From Cyanobacteria bacterium auto_48_18 (GTDB taxonomy: Bacteria; Cyanobacteriota; Vampirovibrionia; Obscuribacterales; Obscuribacteraceae): a stretch of DNA of 64,000 nucleotides. Positions 49,100 to 59,720 of this stretch are shown here, in pieces (within the stretch, counting starts at the first letter, position 1; each line of letters starts with the position of its first letter). The stretch lies in contig JAVHQC010000001.1 in the NCBI GenBank assembly GCA_036170915.1, forward strand, positions 32,001 through 96,000. Direction: 5' to 3'. A model generated the notes under the pieces. It made no database searches and was not told the origin of the DNA. It saw only the letters and a list, made by a program, of their open reading frames with translations. A program made the translations under genes and the position numbers.

Positions 49100-49522
49100 T
49101 GGTTCACTCCTTCGTGATATTGGGTCAATCAGAAACCAGCCCGCGGGCGGCCCTTGGGGCTGCTTCGGGTTGCTAATCAGAGAAAAGAAATTTGGACATT
49201 TCTCTGTAGAGCGCTGCATGTTATTGCATCGCTCTAAATGTTCGGTGGGACTTAAATGGTTTCCACCGTTTAACGGTTACCACCACTCTAGGTGGCATAG
49301 GTATTGTACCAAACAAGTATGCGTTTATAACCTATTTGTATATAGAAATTTTCAAGCCTTGTGCCCCAAGGGTTTCGGGGATCTGATACCAGATTGGAGT
49401 GATACCAGGGGTGATTTTTTACGCTGACGACACTAGCACCATTCATAATGGCTGGTATCAAAGCAGGAGTTGTACAATCGGGTAAGCTTGGTGGCGCTGC
49501 TAACCCCCACTGGTGGAATGAC

Positions 49523-50872
49523 TTGAGAGTTCTGATTGTAAAACTTAGCGCCATGGGTGATGTCGTTCATTGCTTACCTCTGGCAGCAAGAATCAAAGAA
49601 AGATTGCCCGAAGTGGAGTTGACATGGCTGGTCGAGCCGGCTGCTCAAGATCTCATCAAGGCCAACCCTGTGGTCGATAGAGTGTTGGTGCTACCACGCA
49701 AAAGCTGGCTAAAGGCATTGAAAAATCCTGCCACCATATTGCCTACCACCACCGAAGCCAGAAAGTATTTCAAAGAGTTGAAAGCTTACAATTTCAACCT
49801 GGCGATAGATGCTCAAGGATTGCTCAAGAGTGCCGTGCCTGCCTATTTATCGGGCGCACCACTGCGCGTCGGATTTGCCGACACCAGAGAATGGGCCCAT
49901 AAGTTTTTGACTCACGCTTTAGAAGTGAATGACTATTTCGGACATGGCCGTCATGTAGTTGACCTCAATATTGCCCTGGCCGATTATGCGCTCGAGGTTC
50001 TAGCCCAAGAGCACGGTAGTTGCTTGCGACTTTCTTTCAGTGATCAGACCGTTCGTTTCCCGCTGCCAGACACGGCCTCGAGTGGTGCCGATGCGTCGGT
50101 TCTTAAGTTGCCTGGTCTAGACCGAGATTTTTGGGCCGGTGTCACCAGCGGTGAGGCACCGCCTACAGTTAGTTTGTCACCGTCTACCGATAGATTGGCA
50201 CCGCTTACCAATAAGTTGGCACCATCCACAGAACTAGTATCAGGGGCGGGGCAAAAGCAAAATCCGCTGATTGCCATAATTCCAGGCACCACCTGGGTCA
50301 CTAAAATCTGGCCGCAAGAGCACTGGATAGCCCTCGGACGTATGCTGGTAGAGCGTTTTGGGGCTCGTCTGCTTATCTGTGGTGGCCCAGGCGATGCCAC
50401 CACAAATCAATCTATATATAAAGGAATACTTTCTACCGAATTTCCCGGCTCGGTAAAAAACCTCACTGGTGAAACCAGTTTAATGCAGCTGGTGGCACTC
50501 TTTAAAAAGTGCGATCTTGTAGTTGGTGCCGATACCGGCCCACTGCATTTAGCTGCCGCGGTGGCGCATCAAGCCGTGGTGGCAAAAAGCGAGGCGCTAG
50601 CTTCGGCACATGAGACTCTTGTCACCGCCGGTGAAGCGCCGGTGTTGCAGGGGGTCAAACCAAAGGTGGTGGCAATTCATGGTGCCACTCCGTGGTTGCG
50701 CAATGGACCGTACGGAAGTATGGGTAGTACCGTGCATCTCAATCTTCCTTGCCAACCTTGCTTCTCTAAAACCTGTCGCATCCAGACCCTGGCATGCTTA
50801 AAAGACCTCCCGGTGGGGGAGGTCTTCCAAGCGGTTGAGACGATTTTGCTCGAAGCTAACTCGTCATCTTAG
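49523..50872 (+). CDS. Glycosyltransferase family 9 (LPS heptosyltransferase WaaC/WaaF-like)
   Basis: RVLIVKLSAMGDVVH, AIDAQGLLKSA, PGTTW.TKIWP, NLTGETSL and GADTGPLHLAAA. Likely TTG start at 49523. Confidence 0.9.
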   Translation: MRVLIVKLSAMGDVVHCLPLAARIKERLPEVELTWLVEPAAQDLIKANPVVDRVLVLPRKSWLKALKNPATILPTTTEARKYFKELKAYNFNLAIDAQGLLKSAVPAYLSGAPLRVGFADTREWAHKFLTHALEVNDYFGHGRHVVDLNIALADYALEVLAQEHGSCLRLSFSDQTVRFPLPDTASSGADASVLKLPGLDRDFWAGVTSGEAPPTVSLSPSTDRLAPLTNKLAPSTELVSGAGQKQNPLIAIIPGTTWVTKIWPQEHWIALGRMLVERFGARLLICGGPGDATTNQSIYKGILSTEFPGSVKNLTGETSLMQLVALFKKCDLVVGADTGPLHLAAAVAHQAVVAKSEALASAHETLVTAGEAPVLQGVKPKVVAIHGATPWLRNGPYGSMGSTVHLNLPCQPCFSKTCRIQTLACLKDLPVGEVFQAVETILLEANSSS

Positions 50873-50881
50873 TTGTCTAAA

Positions 50882-51340
50882 TTATTCGCAAACCCATTTA
50901 TCGATGGTGCGATTCCAGTTATTGACCAGTTCTTCTTCTTTGAAAAACAAACCTATCTCACGCGTGGCGCTCTCTGGGCCGTCAGATCCGTGCACCGCAT
51001 TTCTGCCGATGTCGGTGGCCAGGTCACCCCGGATGGTGCCTTGAGCGGCAGCCGTCGGGTTGGTGGCACCAATGACATTGCGGGCTAAAGTGATGGCATT
51101 TTTGCCTTCCCAAACCATCGCTACAATTGGTCCGGAGGTAATAAATTTGACCAGGCCTTCAAAGAATGGCTTGCCTTTGTGCTCACCATAATGACGCTCA
51201 GCCAGCTCAACCGGGACCACCATCATCTTCATGCCAACCAGTTTGAGGCCACGACGCTCGAAGCGGCCGAGAATATCGCCAACCAGACCACGCTCAACGC
51301 CATCAGGCTTGACCGCGACAAAAGTTCTTTCCACTGCCAC
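50882..51340 (-). CDS. ndk: Nucleoside diphosphate kinase
   Basis: [27 protein letters not shown] and RNAVHGSD (catalytic His). Confidence 0.98.
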   Translation of the reverse strand: MAVERTFVAVKPDGVERGLVGDILGRFERRGLKLVGMKMMVVPVELAERHYGEHKGKPFFEGLVKFITSGPIVAMVWEGKNAITLARNVIGATNPTAAAQGTIRGDLATDIGRNAVHGSDGPESATREIGLFFKEEELVNNWNRTIDKWVCE

Positions 51341-51401
51341 CTTGTGACCCCCTTGCTCAACTGAGACTAATCGCGTCTATGGTCTTACAAAGAGGATGCC
51401 A

Positions 51402-54400
51402 TCAGGAGAGTTTTGTAAGTTTTGCAAACTTCGGATCAAGCAACTTATTGCCTTCGCCCTCGAAAGCCACGTTATACAGCTCTTTTTCGCCTTCGCCGAT
51501 AACGGTGATTACTTTGCCGATGCCGAACTTGACATGTTGCACGGTGTCGCCCACTTGCAGCCTCTGGAATTGCGGAGGCATGCCTTTGGGGGTGCTGTCT
51601 TCAGGCGGCAACTTGCGCATGGCCCTTGGCTTGACACCCTCGGCGGCGCGAATAGCCTGAGGCCGCGAGGCGTTCTGTGACTGATAACCAGTTTGTCGGT
51701 TGTAGCCGCCGGCACTTTGAGTTTTATTCCAGCCCGAGCCACCACCTGACGCTGGTTTTTTGTAACCACCAGAGGTGCCGGTGGCGTAATCGTTGCCGCC
51801 ATATTTAGAGTCGCCGAAGTTGCCCGGCTTTTTATTATTGCGGTCGTCCCATTCCTGGCTTTCGTTGGCTTTGTCGTCAAAGGCACCAAAGCTGCCACCA
51901 CCACCAAAGTTTCCGCCAGAATTGCGTTTGAATTCTTCATCACCGCTTGGGTAGAAGCCTGAAACCAATCCAGGTGTGATTTCTTTTAAGAAGCGGCTGG
52001 GAATGGTGTAGGTCGACGAGAAGCCTGAGTTTGAAAATCCGCGGCCGATCATGGTGCGTTTGCGGGCGAGGGTCATGTGCAGAATGTCACCGGCCCTGGT
52101 GATGGCCACGTACATCAAGCGGCGTTCTTCTTCCATCTGTGTGGGCGAATCGAGAGAGCGCACATGGGGAAATAATCCTTCTTCGCAACCCATGATAAAG
52201 GCGCAAGGAAATTCGAGACCTTTAGAAGAGTGAATGGTCATCAGTTTGACCGTGTCTTCATCGAGGTTGGCTTTGTCGAGATCGCTTACCAGCGATATGC
52301 GTGTTAAGAATGAGTCTAAGTCTGGCTCATCTGCGCTGACTTCAAATTCTTTTGCCACCGCCACCAGTTCCATAACGTTGTCGATGCGACCGAGTGCCAG
52401 TTCGTCTTTTGCCGCTCTGGCGTCGTCTTCTAAGCGTGATATGTAACCGGTGCCTTTTAAAATTTGCTCGAGCAAATCAGATACTGGTATCACTTTTGAT
52501 TGCTGATTTAGCGACACAATTAAGCGAGCAAAATCTTTCAAAGCAATAGCTGCTTTAGGTGAAAGATCCGCAATGCGATCGGCTTCTAGACAGGCTTCTA
52601 GTGGGCTTGAGTTTTTCAGCTCGGCGTAGGCGTTGACTCTATCAAGAGTGGTCTTGCCGAGGCCGCGTTTCGGAGTATTGATGACGCGATTAAATGCTTG
52701 ACCGTCGCGCAGATTGTAGACAAGCTTCATGTAGGCGAGCATATCTTTGATTTCTTGACGGTCATAAAATCTGGTGCCGCCCACTACTATGTATGGAATA
52801 TGGCTTCGCACAAGAATTTCTTCAATCGCTCGTGATTGAGAGTTGGTGCGGTAAAGCACAACACAATCGGCATATTTTTTGTTGCGCGCTTTCAAGCGTT
52901 TGATTTCTTCGGCCACATAATAGGCTTCGTCAATTTCGTCTTGCGCTTCGTAGCAATTGACTTTTCCACCCTTGCCGCGATTGCATCTCAGTTCTTTCTC
53001 GATGCGCTCAGTGTTGTTAGAAATAATGCTGTTGGCAGTTTCTAAAATGGTGGCAGTAGATCTGTAATTTTCTTCTAGCTTAATCAGCTCGCAGCCTGCG
53101 TAGTCTTTTTGGAAACCAAGAATGATGCGATAGTCGGCTTTGCGCCATGAATAAATTGATTGGTCAACGTCGCCCACAACTAGAAGGCTGCGCTCGCGCC
53201 ACAGTTGTGCTGGTGTCAGTTCTTTGCCCGCTTCTTTGGCTTCACGCGTGAGGAAATGTTCAGAGCTATCAACTTTGGCAATCAATGAAATCAAATCGTA
53301 TTGTGATTTGTTTGTATCTTGAAACTCGTCGCACAGCACGTGGCGATAACGGCGCTGCATGCGCTCGCGCACGTTTTGATTTTGCTGCATCAAATCGGTG
53401 AAAATCAAAATCAGATCGTCAAAATCTAGTGCGTTATTGCGCGCCAGTTCTGTTTGATAAGCAGTGAAGATTTCAGACAGTCTTCCTTCTCTATAATTTT
53501 TCGCTTCAGAGGCATAACTCTGGTGCGTGTAGCCGTCGTTTTTAAGCGACGAAATTGTGTGCCGCACTTCTTTAGGCACGAAGACTTTGTCGTCTAAATT
53601 AAGTTTGACTATTTGGCCTTTGACGAGACTCATGCTGTCGGTTTCGTCGTAGATGACAAAATTGTTATCCCATTTGAGCCCGTCTGCAGTCTTGTAGTTA
53701 GTGATTTCCTGGCGCAGCAAACGGGCGCAAATACTGTGGAAAGTGCCAATAGCAATGCGCTTGGCCTCGAATGGTCCCACGATTTTTTCGATACGCTGGC
53801 GCATTTCGCCCGCAGCTTTATTGGTGAAAGTGACAGCCAGAATCGATTCGGGCTCCTGGCGCAATTTGGAGATAATCCAGGCGATGCGTTTGGTCAAAAC
53901 CGTGGTCTTGCCCGAACCGGCGCCGGCAATGATTAATGATGGTCCCCATTCTTGCGACACGCACTGGGCTTGCTCGGCGTTTAATCTATCTAGCAGCTTC
54001 ACTTCCATGGCAGCCGCTTCGGCATCAGAAATGGGGGCGTATTCAGAGCGTCCGTAGCGCGGGCCAGGATCTGGCGGTACAAAGCTGCGTGCCGCCGGTG
54101 CTGGAGGCGCAACTGCCGGAGCTGGCGGGGCTGTAGACACGTAGCGCGATTGCACAAAAGCTTGGGCGCTGGCGGGCACAGCTGCAGCAGGTCCAGCTGC
54201 AGAAGGACCAGTGCTAACAGCATCAGCCTGCGCTTGGTCCTCTACCTTAAATTCCACCGTCAAATCTTCTTCGAGATCTTCAGGCTCAATGGCCAGGCTG
54301 CTGAGCTCCTCCACTTCCAACTCGGCCAGAGCCAGTTCGTCGGCGTCAGAGGGCTCAAGGTCGCTCGACCCGAATAAGCTCAATTGTTTGTCTTTGCCGG

Positions 54401-54404
54401 CCAT
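51402..54404 (-). CDS. pcrA: ATP-dependent DNA helicase PcrA/UvrD
   Basis: AGAGSGKT, VTFTNKAA, DEFQDTN, VGDVDQSIYSWR, NYRST, MTIHSSKGLEF and EEERRLMYVAITRA, with a C-terminal Tudor-like GDTVQHVKFGIG. Start uncertain; ATG 54404 chosen. Confidence 0.93.
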   Translation of the reverse strand: MAGKDKQLSLFGSSDLEPSDADELALAELEVEELSSLAIEPEDLEEDLTVEFKVEDQAQADAVSTGPSAAGPAAAVPASAQAFVQSRYVSTAPPAPAVAPPAPAARSFVPPDPGPRYGRSEYAPISDAEAAAMEVKLLDRLNAEQAQCVSQEWGPSLIIAGAGSGKTTVLTKRIAWIISKLRQEPESILAVTFTNKAAGEMRQRIEKIVGPFEAKRIAIGTFHSICARLLRQEITNYKTADGLKWDNNFVIYDETDSMSLVKGQIVKLNLDDKVFVPKEVRHTISSLKNDGYTHQSYASEAKNYREGRLSEIFTAYQTELARNNALDFDDLILIFTDLMQQNQNVRERMQRRYRHVLCDEFQDTNKSQYDLISLIAKVDSSEHFLTREAKEAGKELTPAQLWRERSLLVVGDVDQSIYSWRKADYRIILGFQKDYAGCELIKLEENYRSTATILETANSIISNNTERIEKELRCNRGKGGKVNCYEAQDEIDEAYYVAEEIKRLKARNKKYADCVVLYRTNSQSRAIEEILVRSHIPYIVVGGTRFYDRQEIKDMLAYMKLVYNLRDGQAFNRVINTPKRGLGKTTLDRVNAYAELKNSSPLEACLEADRIADLSPKAAIALKDFARLIVSLNQQSKVIPVSDLLEQILKGTGYISRLEDDARAAKDELALGRIDNVMELVAVAKEFEVSADEPDLDSFLTRISLVSDLDKANLDEDTVKLMTIHSSKGLEFPCAFIMGCEEGLFPHVRSLDSPTQMEEERRLMYVAITRAGDILHMTLARKRTMIGRGFSNSGFSSTYTIPSRFLKEITPGLVSGFYPSGDEEFKRNSGGNFGGGGSFGAFDDKANESQEWDDRNNKKPGNFGDSKYGGNDYATGTSGGYKKPASGGGSGWNKTQSAGGYNRQTGYQSQNASRPQAIRAAEGVKPRAMRKLPPEDSTPKGMPPQFQRLQVGDTVQHVKFGIGKVITVIGEGEKELYNVAFEGEGNKLLDPKFAKLTKLS

Positions 54405-54764
54405 AACTTGACTGTCTCTTCCCACGGCTTCTCCATCCATATTAAAAGTGATTGGGCAGGGCTCTTGCGCAGGCATGTGCCATTTTGCCGCAAAATTAAT
54501 GATGTCAAGCTTGCTCCGCACCTGGGCGGATATCTGCTTGCTATGCTTAAGACTCCCTGGCGAATATCAATGAAACGCAGCGCCAGAGGCTCCTACAAGA
54601 GTAATTGTGCGTCATTGACGCCTCGCTGTTAATTAAAACTTGTAAACAGCAAGCACCTCGCTAGGGTAAAACCACCGGGAAGACTTGTAATCTTAATGAT
54701 TAGCTAGCAGATTGTTGAGACCAGTAATGACTGCGTCTATATAAAAGGGATTGGATAGATATAT

Positions 54765-55283
54765 ATGAGTCGAATTGAACCCAGTGCCGCCACTATACCT
54801 ACAGTCGATGAACTGGCCCAAGAGTTATTGCTCATCCAACAGTCTGGCCCGCGCAAAGTCGCCATCATCGGCACCCGCAACCTGCCACTCACACATCAGC
54901 AACTGGTAGAAATGCTTTCTTACGCGCTGGTGCTCTCAGGCAACCAGGTGGTCACCAGCGGTGGTGCTAACGGATGCAACATGGCAGTTATTCGCGGCGC
55001 GCAAAGAGCGAATCCTGATCGATTAAATATTATCTTGCCCCAAACAATCAGCCAACAGCCAGGCGAAGTTCAGGACCTTTTAATAGGTATCAAGAATATC
55101 GTTGAGTATCCTGAAAGACGTACCATGACGCTCGCCGATGCCAGTCGCATATGCAACCATGAAATAATCGATAGATGCCAGCAAATAATTTGTTTCCTCT
55201 ATCACACGAGTCATACACTGCTTGAGTCGGTAAACTATGCCAAGGAACATCGTAAGATTGTGACTAGCTTCTACCTCGACTAA
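54765..55283 (+). CDS. SLOG/DprA-like 'DNA recombination-mediator A' protein, cyanobacterial type
   Basis: VAIIGTR.LP..HQQLVEM.SYALVLSGN...TSG...N.AVIRGA, CN.EII.RCQQIICF..H.S.TLL and KIVT.FYLD, as in the conserved cyanobacterial family. Confidence 0.8.
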   Translation: MSRIEPSAATIPTVDELAQELLLIQQSGPRKVAIIGTRNLPLTHQQLVEMLSYALVLSGNQVVTSGGANGCNMAVIRGAQRANPDRLNIILPQTISQQPGEVQDLLIGIKNIVEYPERRTMTLADASRICNHEIIDRCQQIICFLYHTSHTLLESVNYAKEHRKIVTSFYLD

Positions 55284-55345
55284 CCAGCGGGAATCAAACA
55301 GTCAATTTAAACGGACACGCTGCGGCTTTATTTCCGCAGGGAACT

Positions 55346-56488
55346 TTGCTAGCAGCCTTGTACTCGCTAGTTTTGCCCTGTGTAATTGCGCTTGCCTTAA
55401 CGTCAGCGTGCATGCCCTTCTACATAAAGTGGCTCAAGAGTCTGCAAATCAATCAGTTTTTGCGAGAAGAAGGCCCGGCCAGTCACGCACATAAAGCCAA
55501 GACCCCAACCATGGGTGGTCTGGTTTTTATCATCACCACATTCGCCACCACAATTGGCATCTCGTTCATCCCCGGCATGTCGCATGACCCGAGCTATTAC
55601 GCTGTGATTATCACAGGGGTTTTGTGCGGAATAGTGGGGCTGATAGACGACTCAGCCAAGGTTATACAGAAAGCCAACAAAGGCATATCAGCATATGTGC
55701 GTTTAGGCACCGAGACTGTTTTTGGCGTGGTATTGGCCCTGGTGCTGGTGGCACTGAATGACAATCGCCTGATTGTGCCCTCCGCCCTTTATTCAATTTT
55801 GCACGGCCAGCTGGGCACCATGCCTGATATCACCCAGCCAGTGGCAATCATGATTTTGCCTGCCATTATTTTCATCGCCCTCAGCGCATTTCTTACAGCA
55901 GCCACCACCAACGCCGTTAATTTGCACGACGGCATGGACGGCCTGGCCGCCGGCACCGCCTGCCAGATTTTCGCCACCATGGCCGTGATTTTATTCGCCA
56001 CCGGCAGCGACGCGCCGGTGCAATACGGCTATGCCACCATATCTGCCACCGTAGCCGGAGCACTGCTCGGGTTTCTTTTCTTCAACGCCAATCCGGCAAA
56101 AATTTTCATGGGCGACACCGGCTCGCTATTTATCGGCGGATTAATGGCCTGCATCGTTTTAGCCGGCGGCATCACAATCTGGTTTGTGCCGCTCTCGCTG
56201 ATTTATATTCTCGAAGCTCTTTCGGTGATGGCCCAGGTGATTTATTTCAAGCTCACCAAGCCGTACACACCTGAAAAACCCATGAGCGCTCCCGCCTTAA
56301 TTATGCTCAAATTGACCAAAAAGCTACCCGGCGAGGGCAAGCGGCTATTTCGCATGGCACCTTTACATCATCACTACGAAGCGGTCATGGCCGAAAAGGG
56401 CTGGGCGGAATGGCAAGTGGTGTTGGCTTTTTGGGGAGTGCAGTTTTTACTCTGCGCGGCTGTATTATTGAATTTCCACTACCGCTAA
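55346..56488 (+). CDS. mraY: Phospho-N-acetylmuramoyl-pentapeptide transferase
   Basis: KTPTMGG, GLIDD, NAVNLHDGMDGL, PAKIFMGDTGS and FRMAPLHHHYE. Confidence 0.96.
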   Translation: MLAALYSLVLPCVIALALTSACMPFYIKWLKSLQINQFLREEGPASHAHKAKTPTMGGLVFIITTFATTIGISFIPGMSHDPSYYAVIITGVLCGIVGLIDDSAKVIQKANKGISAYVRLGTETVFGVVLALVLVALNDNRLIVPSALYSILHGQLGTMPDITQPVAIMILPAIIFIALSAFLTAATTNAVNLHDGMDGLAAGTACQIFATMAVILFATGSDAPVQYGYATISATVAGALLGFLFFNANPAKIFMGDTGSLFIGGLMACIVLAGGITIWFVPLSLIYILEALSVMAQVIYFKLTKPYTPEKPMSAPALIMLKLTKKLPGEGKRLFRMAPLHHHYEAVMAEKGWAEWQVVLAFWGVQFLLCAAVLLNFHYR

Positions 56489-56506
56489 AATGCCAGGAGT
56501 CTCTGG

Positions 56507-58354
56507 GTGTCTGCCCAAATATCACAGTTAGTCTCTGATTTAGTCTCACAAGGCAAGTGGGAAGAGGCTTACGCCGCGCTTATTCGTTTCGGTCAGCAGA
56601 ATCCAAGTGGAGTCAACGACCCCGACTTGCAATGCCAACTCGGCATCATCGCTTTCAACAGCGGCAAGTTGCCCGAGGCCGAACGCCATCTCAAAACCGC
56701 TCTCTCTATCGACTCGAGCCGCTCAGACGCGCACTATCAATTAGGTTTGGTGCTGCTCAAAGACGGCCGCCCGGCCGAAGCCATGCCCGCTTTTCGCGAA
56801 GCCTGCGAGCGCCGCCCCAACTATGCAGTAGGCCATTTGCACTGGGGAATGGCTCTGATGGCCAATGGCAGCTTCAGAGGAGCAATCGGACAATTTAATC
56901 AGGCCATAAAGATTGATGGAAAATTGAGCGCCGCGTACGTGCAGGGTGGCATGGCAAGCTTCCGCATGGGGCAATTTATGGAAGCGGCACAATATTTTCA
57001 AGCCGCCGCCAACAATGAACCAGACATTCCAGAACCCCTGGTCTGTCTCGGCATCGCACTCTCTGCCCTGGGCAACGATGTGGATGCCGGCAAATGTTTC
57101 ATGCGCGCCTGGCAGGTAGACGGCAAAGACATCACTACCTTGCGTTACGCTGCATCTGCCATGGCCAACGCCGGAATGATCGACGACGCCGTGCGACTCT
57201 TCCAAGAGTCAGTGGGAATGGGCCACCGCGTGCTCACCGCCCGAGAGCGCGCCTTGATATATAACGACTGGGGCGTCTCACTATTCAAGGCCGGACGCGC
57301 CGAAGATTCTTCAGATAAATTACTCGAAGCATCCGACATGGATCCAACATGCTTAGAGCCAGTGATGAATCTCGGGCTGGTTTGCGTCGAGTTGGCAGAG
57401 TATGAGCGCGCCGCTGAAGCATTCGAAAAAGCCCTGGCTATTGATAAAACCAATAACGAAGTGCGCGTCTATCTGGCTGTCACTCTGATTTTGATGAATA
57501 GCTGCCAGGCTGCCATAAATGTTTTGCAGGAAAAAGAACAAGACGGCCGCTTTGATTTCTGGCTCGGCCACGCGTACTTAGGTATCGCCAACTATGATCG
57601 CGCCAAACAATATTTTGAACGCGTACTAAAAGAATCGCAAATCAACTATCAAGCCTTAGACGGCCTGGGTTGCGCTTTGATGTTGGGTGGGAATTATCCG
57701 GAAGCGGTAGAGAAATTTGAACAAGCAATCAGTATGCGCGAAGATTATGCGCTCGGGCATTTGCATTTAGCACGCGCTTTAGACGAACTTGGTCAGACAG
57801 AACTTGGTGCAAATCACTTGCGCATTGCTGTTAATTTAGATCCGCAATGTTTGAACCCGCAAAAAGAAGCCCTCGATAGATTAGTGAAAGCCGCTCGTTA
57901 TGAGCTTGTTGAAGCGCAGTCGCTCAAGATTCTGGCAGCCAATCCACAAGATTCTGATGTGCGTGTTTCGCTTGCCCGTGCCTTCAAAGAACAACAACGT
58001 CTTGACGAAGCCGTCGATCTGGTGGCACTGGTGATTCAAGAAGATCCAAAAAATGCCACCGCTCGCATTGTCGCCGGCCAAATATTTTTACTGCAAGGAC
58101 GTTTTGTCGAAGCCGACGAAATGTTTCGCGAGGCCGATGAAAACTCAGACGGCGACCCCGGTTTGTTTTACTACTGGGGCAAAACTTTGTCACTGCTCGG
58201 ATTGCAAGAATTAGCACTAGAGAAATACGAGAAAGCTTCAGAGCTCGACCCTTATGACGCAGATGTTTATGATGCCTGGGGTTCAGCTCTAAAGTCGCTG
58301 GGAAGATTCGCCGATGCCGCCGAAGTGTATCGCAAGGCGTCGGAGTACATTTAG
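56507..58354 (+). CDS. TPR-repeat protein
   Basis: 615 aa made almost wholly of TPR units (AHYQLGLVL, IYNDWGVSL, LFYYWGKTL, VYDAWGSAL). Confidence 0.9.
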   Translation: MSAQISQLVSDLVSQGKWEEAYAALIRFGQQNPSGVNDPDLQCQLGIIAFNSGKLPEAERHLKTALSIDSSRSDAHYQLGLVLLKDGRPAEAMPAFREACERRPNYAVGHLHWGMALMANGSFRGAIGQFNQAIKIDGKLSAAYVQGGMASFRMGQFMEAAQYFQAAANNEPDIPEPLVCLGIALSALGNDVDAGKCFMRAWQVDGKDITTLRYAASAMANAGMIDDAVRLFQESVGMGHRVLTARERALIYNDWGVSLFKAGRAEDSSDKLLEASDMDPTCLEPVMNLGLVCVELAEYERAAEAFEKALAIDKTNNEVRVYLAVTLILMNSCQAAINVLQEKEQDGRFDFWLGHAYLGIANYDRAKQYFERVLKESQINYQALDGLGCALMLGGNYPEAVEKFEQAISMREDYALGHLHLARALDELGQTELGANHLRIAVNLDPQCLNPQKEALDRLVKAARYELVEAQSLKILAANPQDSDVRVSLARAFKEQQRLDEAVDLVALVIQEDPKNATARIVAGQIFLLQGRFVEADEMFREADENSDGDPGLFYYWGKTLSLLGLQELALEKYEKASELDPYDADVYDAWGSALKSLGRFADAAEVYRKASEYI

Positions 58355-58633
58355 AAGCTCAGCTGCATCTAAGAACTCAGCCTTGCGCCTAGCCCGACAG
58401 CGTCTGCAAAACTGCTAGTTGAGCTATCGCATTCAACTCATCTGATACCGGATCTGGTGCCTAGTTTCGGCAAACCCGATCGGCGACAATGCTTAGAACG
58501 CAGTCAGACAGTGAGTATTCGTTTTCAAACATTAAAGTTGAGGGAAGCCCCTATATCTATTGGTTTTGTGCGGCACTACTATATATTTGTTCACAGTGAG
58601 CGCACCACCACACGGTACTTGAGAGGCGAAATT

Positions 58634-59281
58634 ATGTTAGACAGTCAACCTTTAGAGCAAAATGCTGACGATGAAAGTACTGAAGTTATCTATACCTTAG
58701 AAGATTTAAGAGCTCTTCATACAACTTCCTCTGTAGAGCTAACGGCTGTTACAGAGCGCGAGCCCGAATACCGAACTCTAAATTTCTTTCGCGGAGGGGT
58801 TACTGAAGATAGGATAGTTCACGAAACAAGATCTCAGCATGGTGCCCTGGCACACTGGCGTCACAATGGCAGCAAGCAAAGTGAACATGATGGCGACATT
58901 CTCCGCAATGGTGTGGACCCCAGCAAGCGTTATGATCGCAACGCTCAACGCAACCTGCCTGGTTACAGTGTTAACACTGCGGGCATGGGTCTGGAGAATG
59001 AAAATCTTTACTCTTTTATCACACGCACTCGGCAAAATGTAATTCCAATTACGGCAAATGAAGGTGCAGAAGAGCCTGCGGCTGAGCCAGTTGTCGAAGA
59101 ACCATCTGTAGAAGAGAATGATAAGCCAATTATTGAAGAGCCAGCGATTGATGAGACTGCACCGCATGCGATGCCTGAAGTGTTGCTTTCAGGAGCACCT
59201 GCCCCAGCGATTTTGTTCAAGTTTAGACGCATGAAGACTGCTACCTTTACCAACTTGCTGGCACGGGCACTTAATCAATAG
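58634..59281 (+). CDS. Hypothetical protein
   Basis: ATG 58634 behind GAGG. Acidic EEP-repeat region. No recognised domain. Confidence 0.55.
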   Translation: MLDSQPLEQNADDESTEVIYTLEDLRALHTTSSVELTAVTEREPEYRTLNFFRGGVTEDRIVHETRSQHGALAHWRHNGSKQSEHDGDILRNGVDPSKRYDRNAQRNLPGYSVNTAGMGLENENLYSFITRTRQNVIPITANEGAEEPAAEPVVEEPSVEENDKPIIEEPAIDETAPHAMPEVLLSGAPAPAILFKFRRMKTATFTNLLARALNQ

Positions 59282-59285
59282 GTCG

Positions 59286-59720
59286 TCAGACTTTAAAAAG
59301 TCTTTCGTCAAACTCGAAAGGGTTAGTTTTTAGCACTTTGACGTCTGTCATTCTAGGATGTAGAGGGTTGAGAATAATATTCTGTTCTACACAGATAACA
59401 GCTGATGGAACAACGAGATAAAGTGTACGGTTCTTGCTCAGCCATTGATCTCCGAAAGCGCTCGCCTCCGACTGGGTTGGCGTTTTTGCTTCAGAGAAGG
59501 TAGCACCTTCTTTCATTGGCAATTCTATTTTTAGCCACACTAGATCACTGGGAAAATCATTTAAGTCTAAGTGCACCAGCATTTCTAATACTGCAAGTGA
59601 AAGGTTTGATGAAGTGTAGACTGCAGGTCGACCTGGCGAATTCCATCTGCCGCCAAACAGCTTTGCTCCTTCACCATCTAATGCGATGTGACGACGAGCG
59701 CAAATTCGATACACGATCAT
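59286..59720 (-). CDS. RES-domain toxin (ParT/MbcT-like)
   Basis: YRI...GEGA.LFGGRWNSPG..AVY.S...SLAVLE.LVH...VPSA...E.N..LNP.HP; the R, E and S residues are present. Confidence 0.92.
   Translation of the reverse strand: MIVYRICARRHIALDGEGAKLFGGRWNSPGRPAVYTSSNLSLAVLEMLVHLDLNDFPSDLVWLKIELPMKEGATFSEAKTPTQSEASAFGDQWLSKNRTLYLVVPSAVICVEQNIILNPLHPRMTDVKVLKTNPFEFDERLFKV

Noticed and set aside
48813..49427. 204 aa plus-strand ORF
   Set aside because: Antisense shadow of the RHH gene, which has the RBS, domain motif and terminator.
54765..55283. Calling this gene dprA or an anti-phage SLOG system
   Set aside because: It is a short single-domain protein of a conserved housekeeping-context family, with no SAM domain or defence partners nearby.
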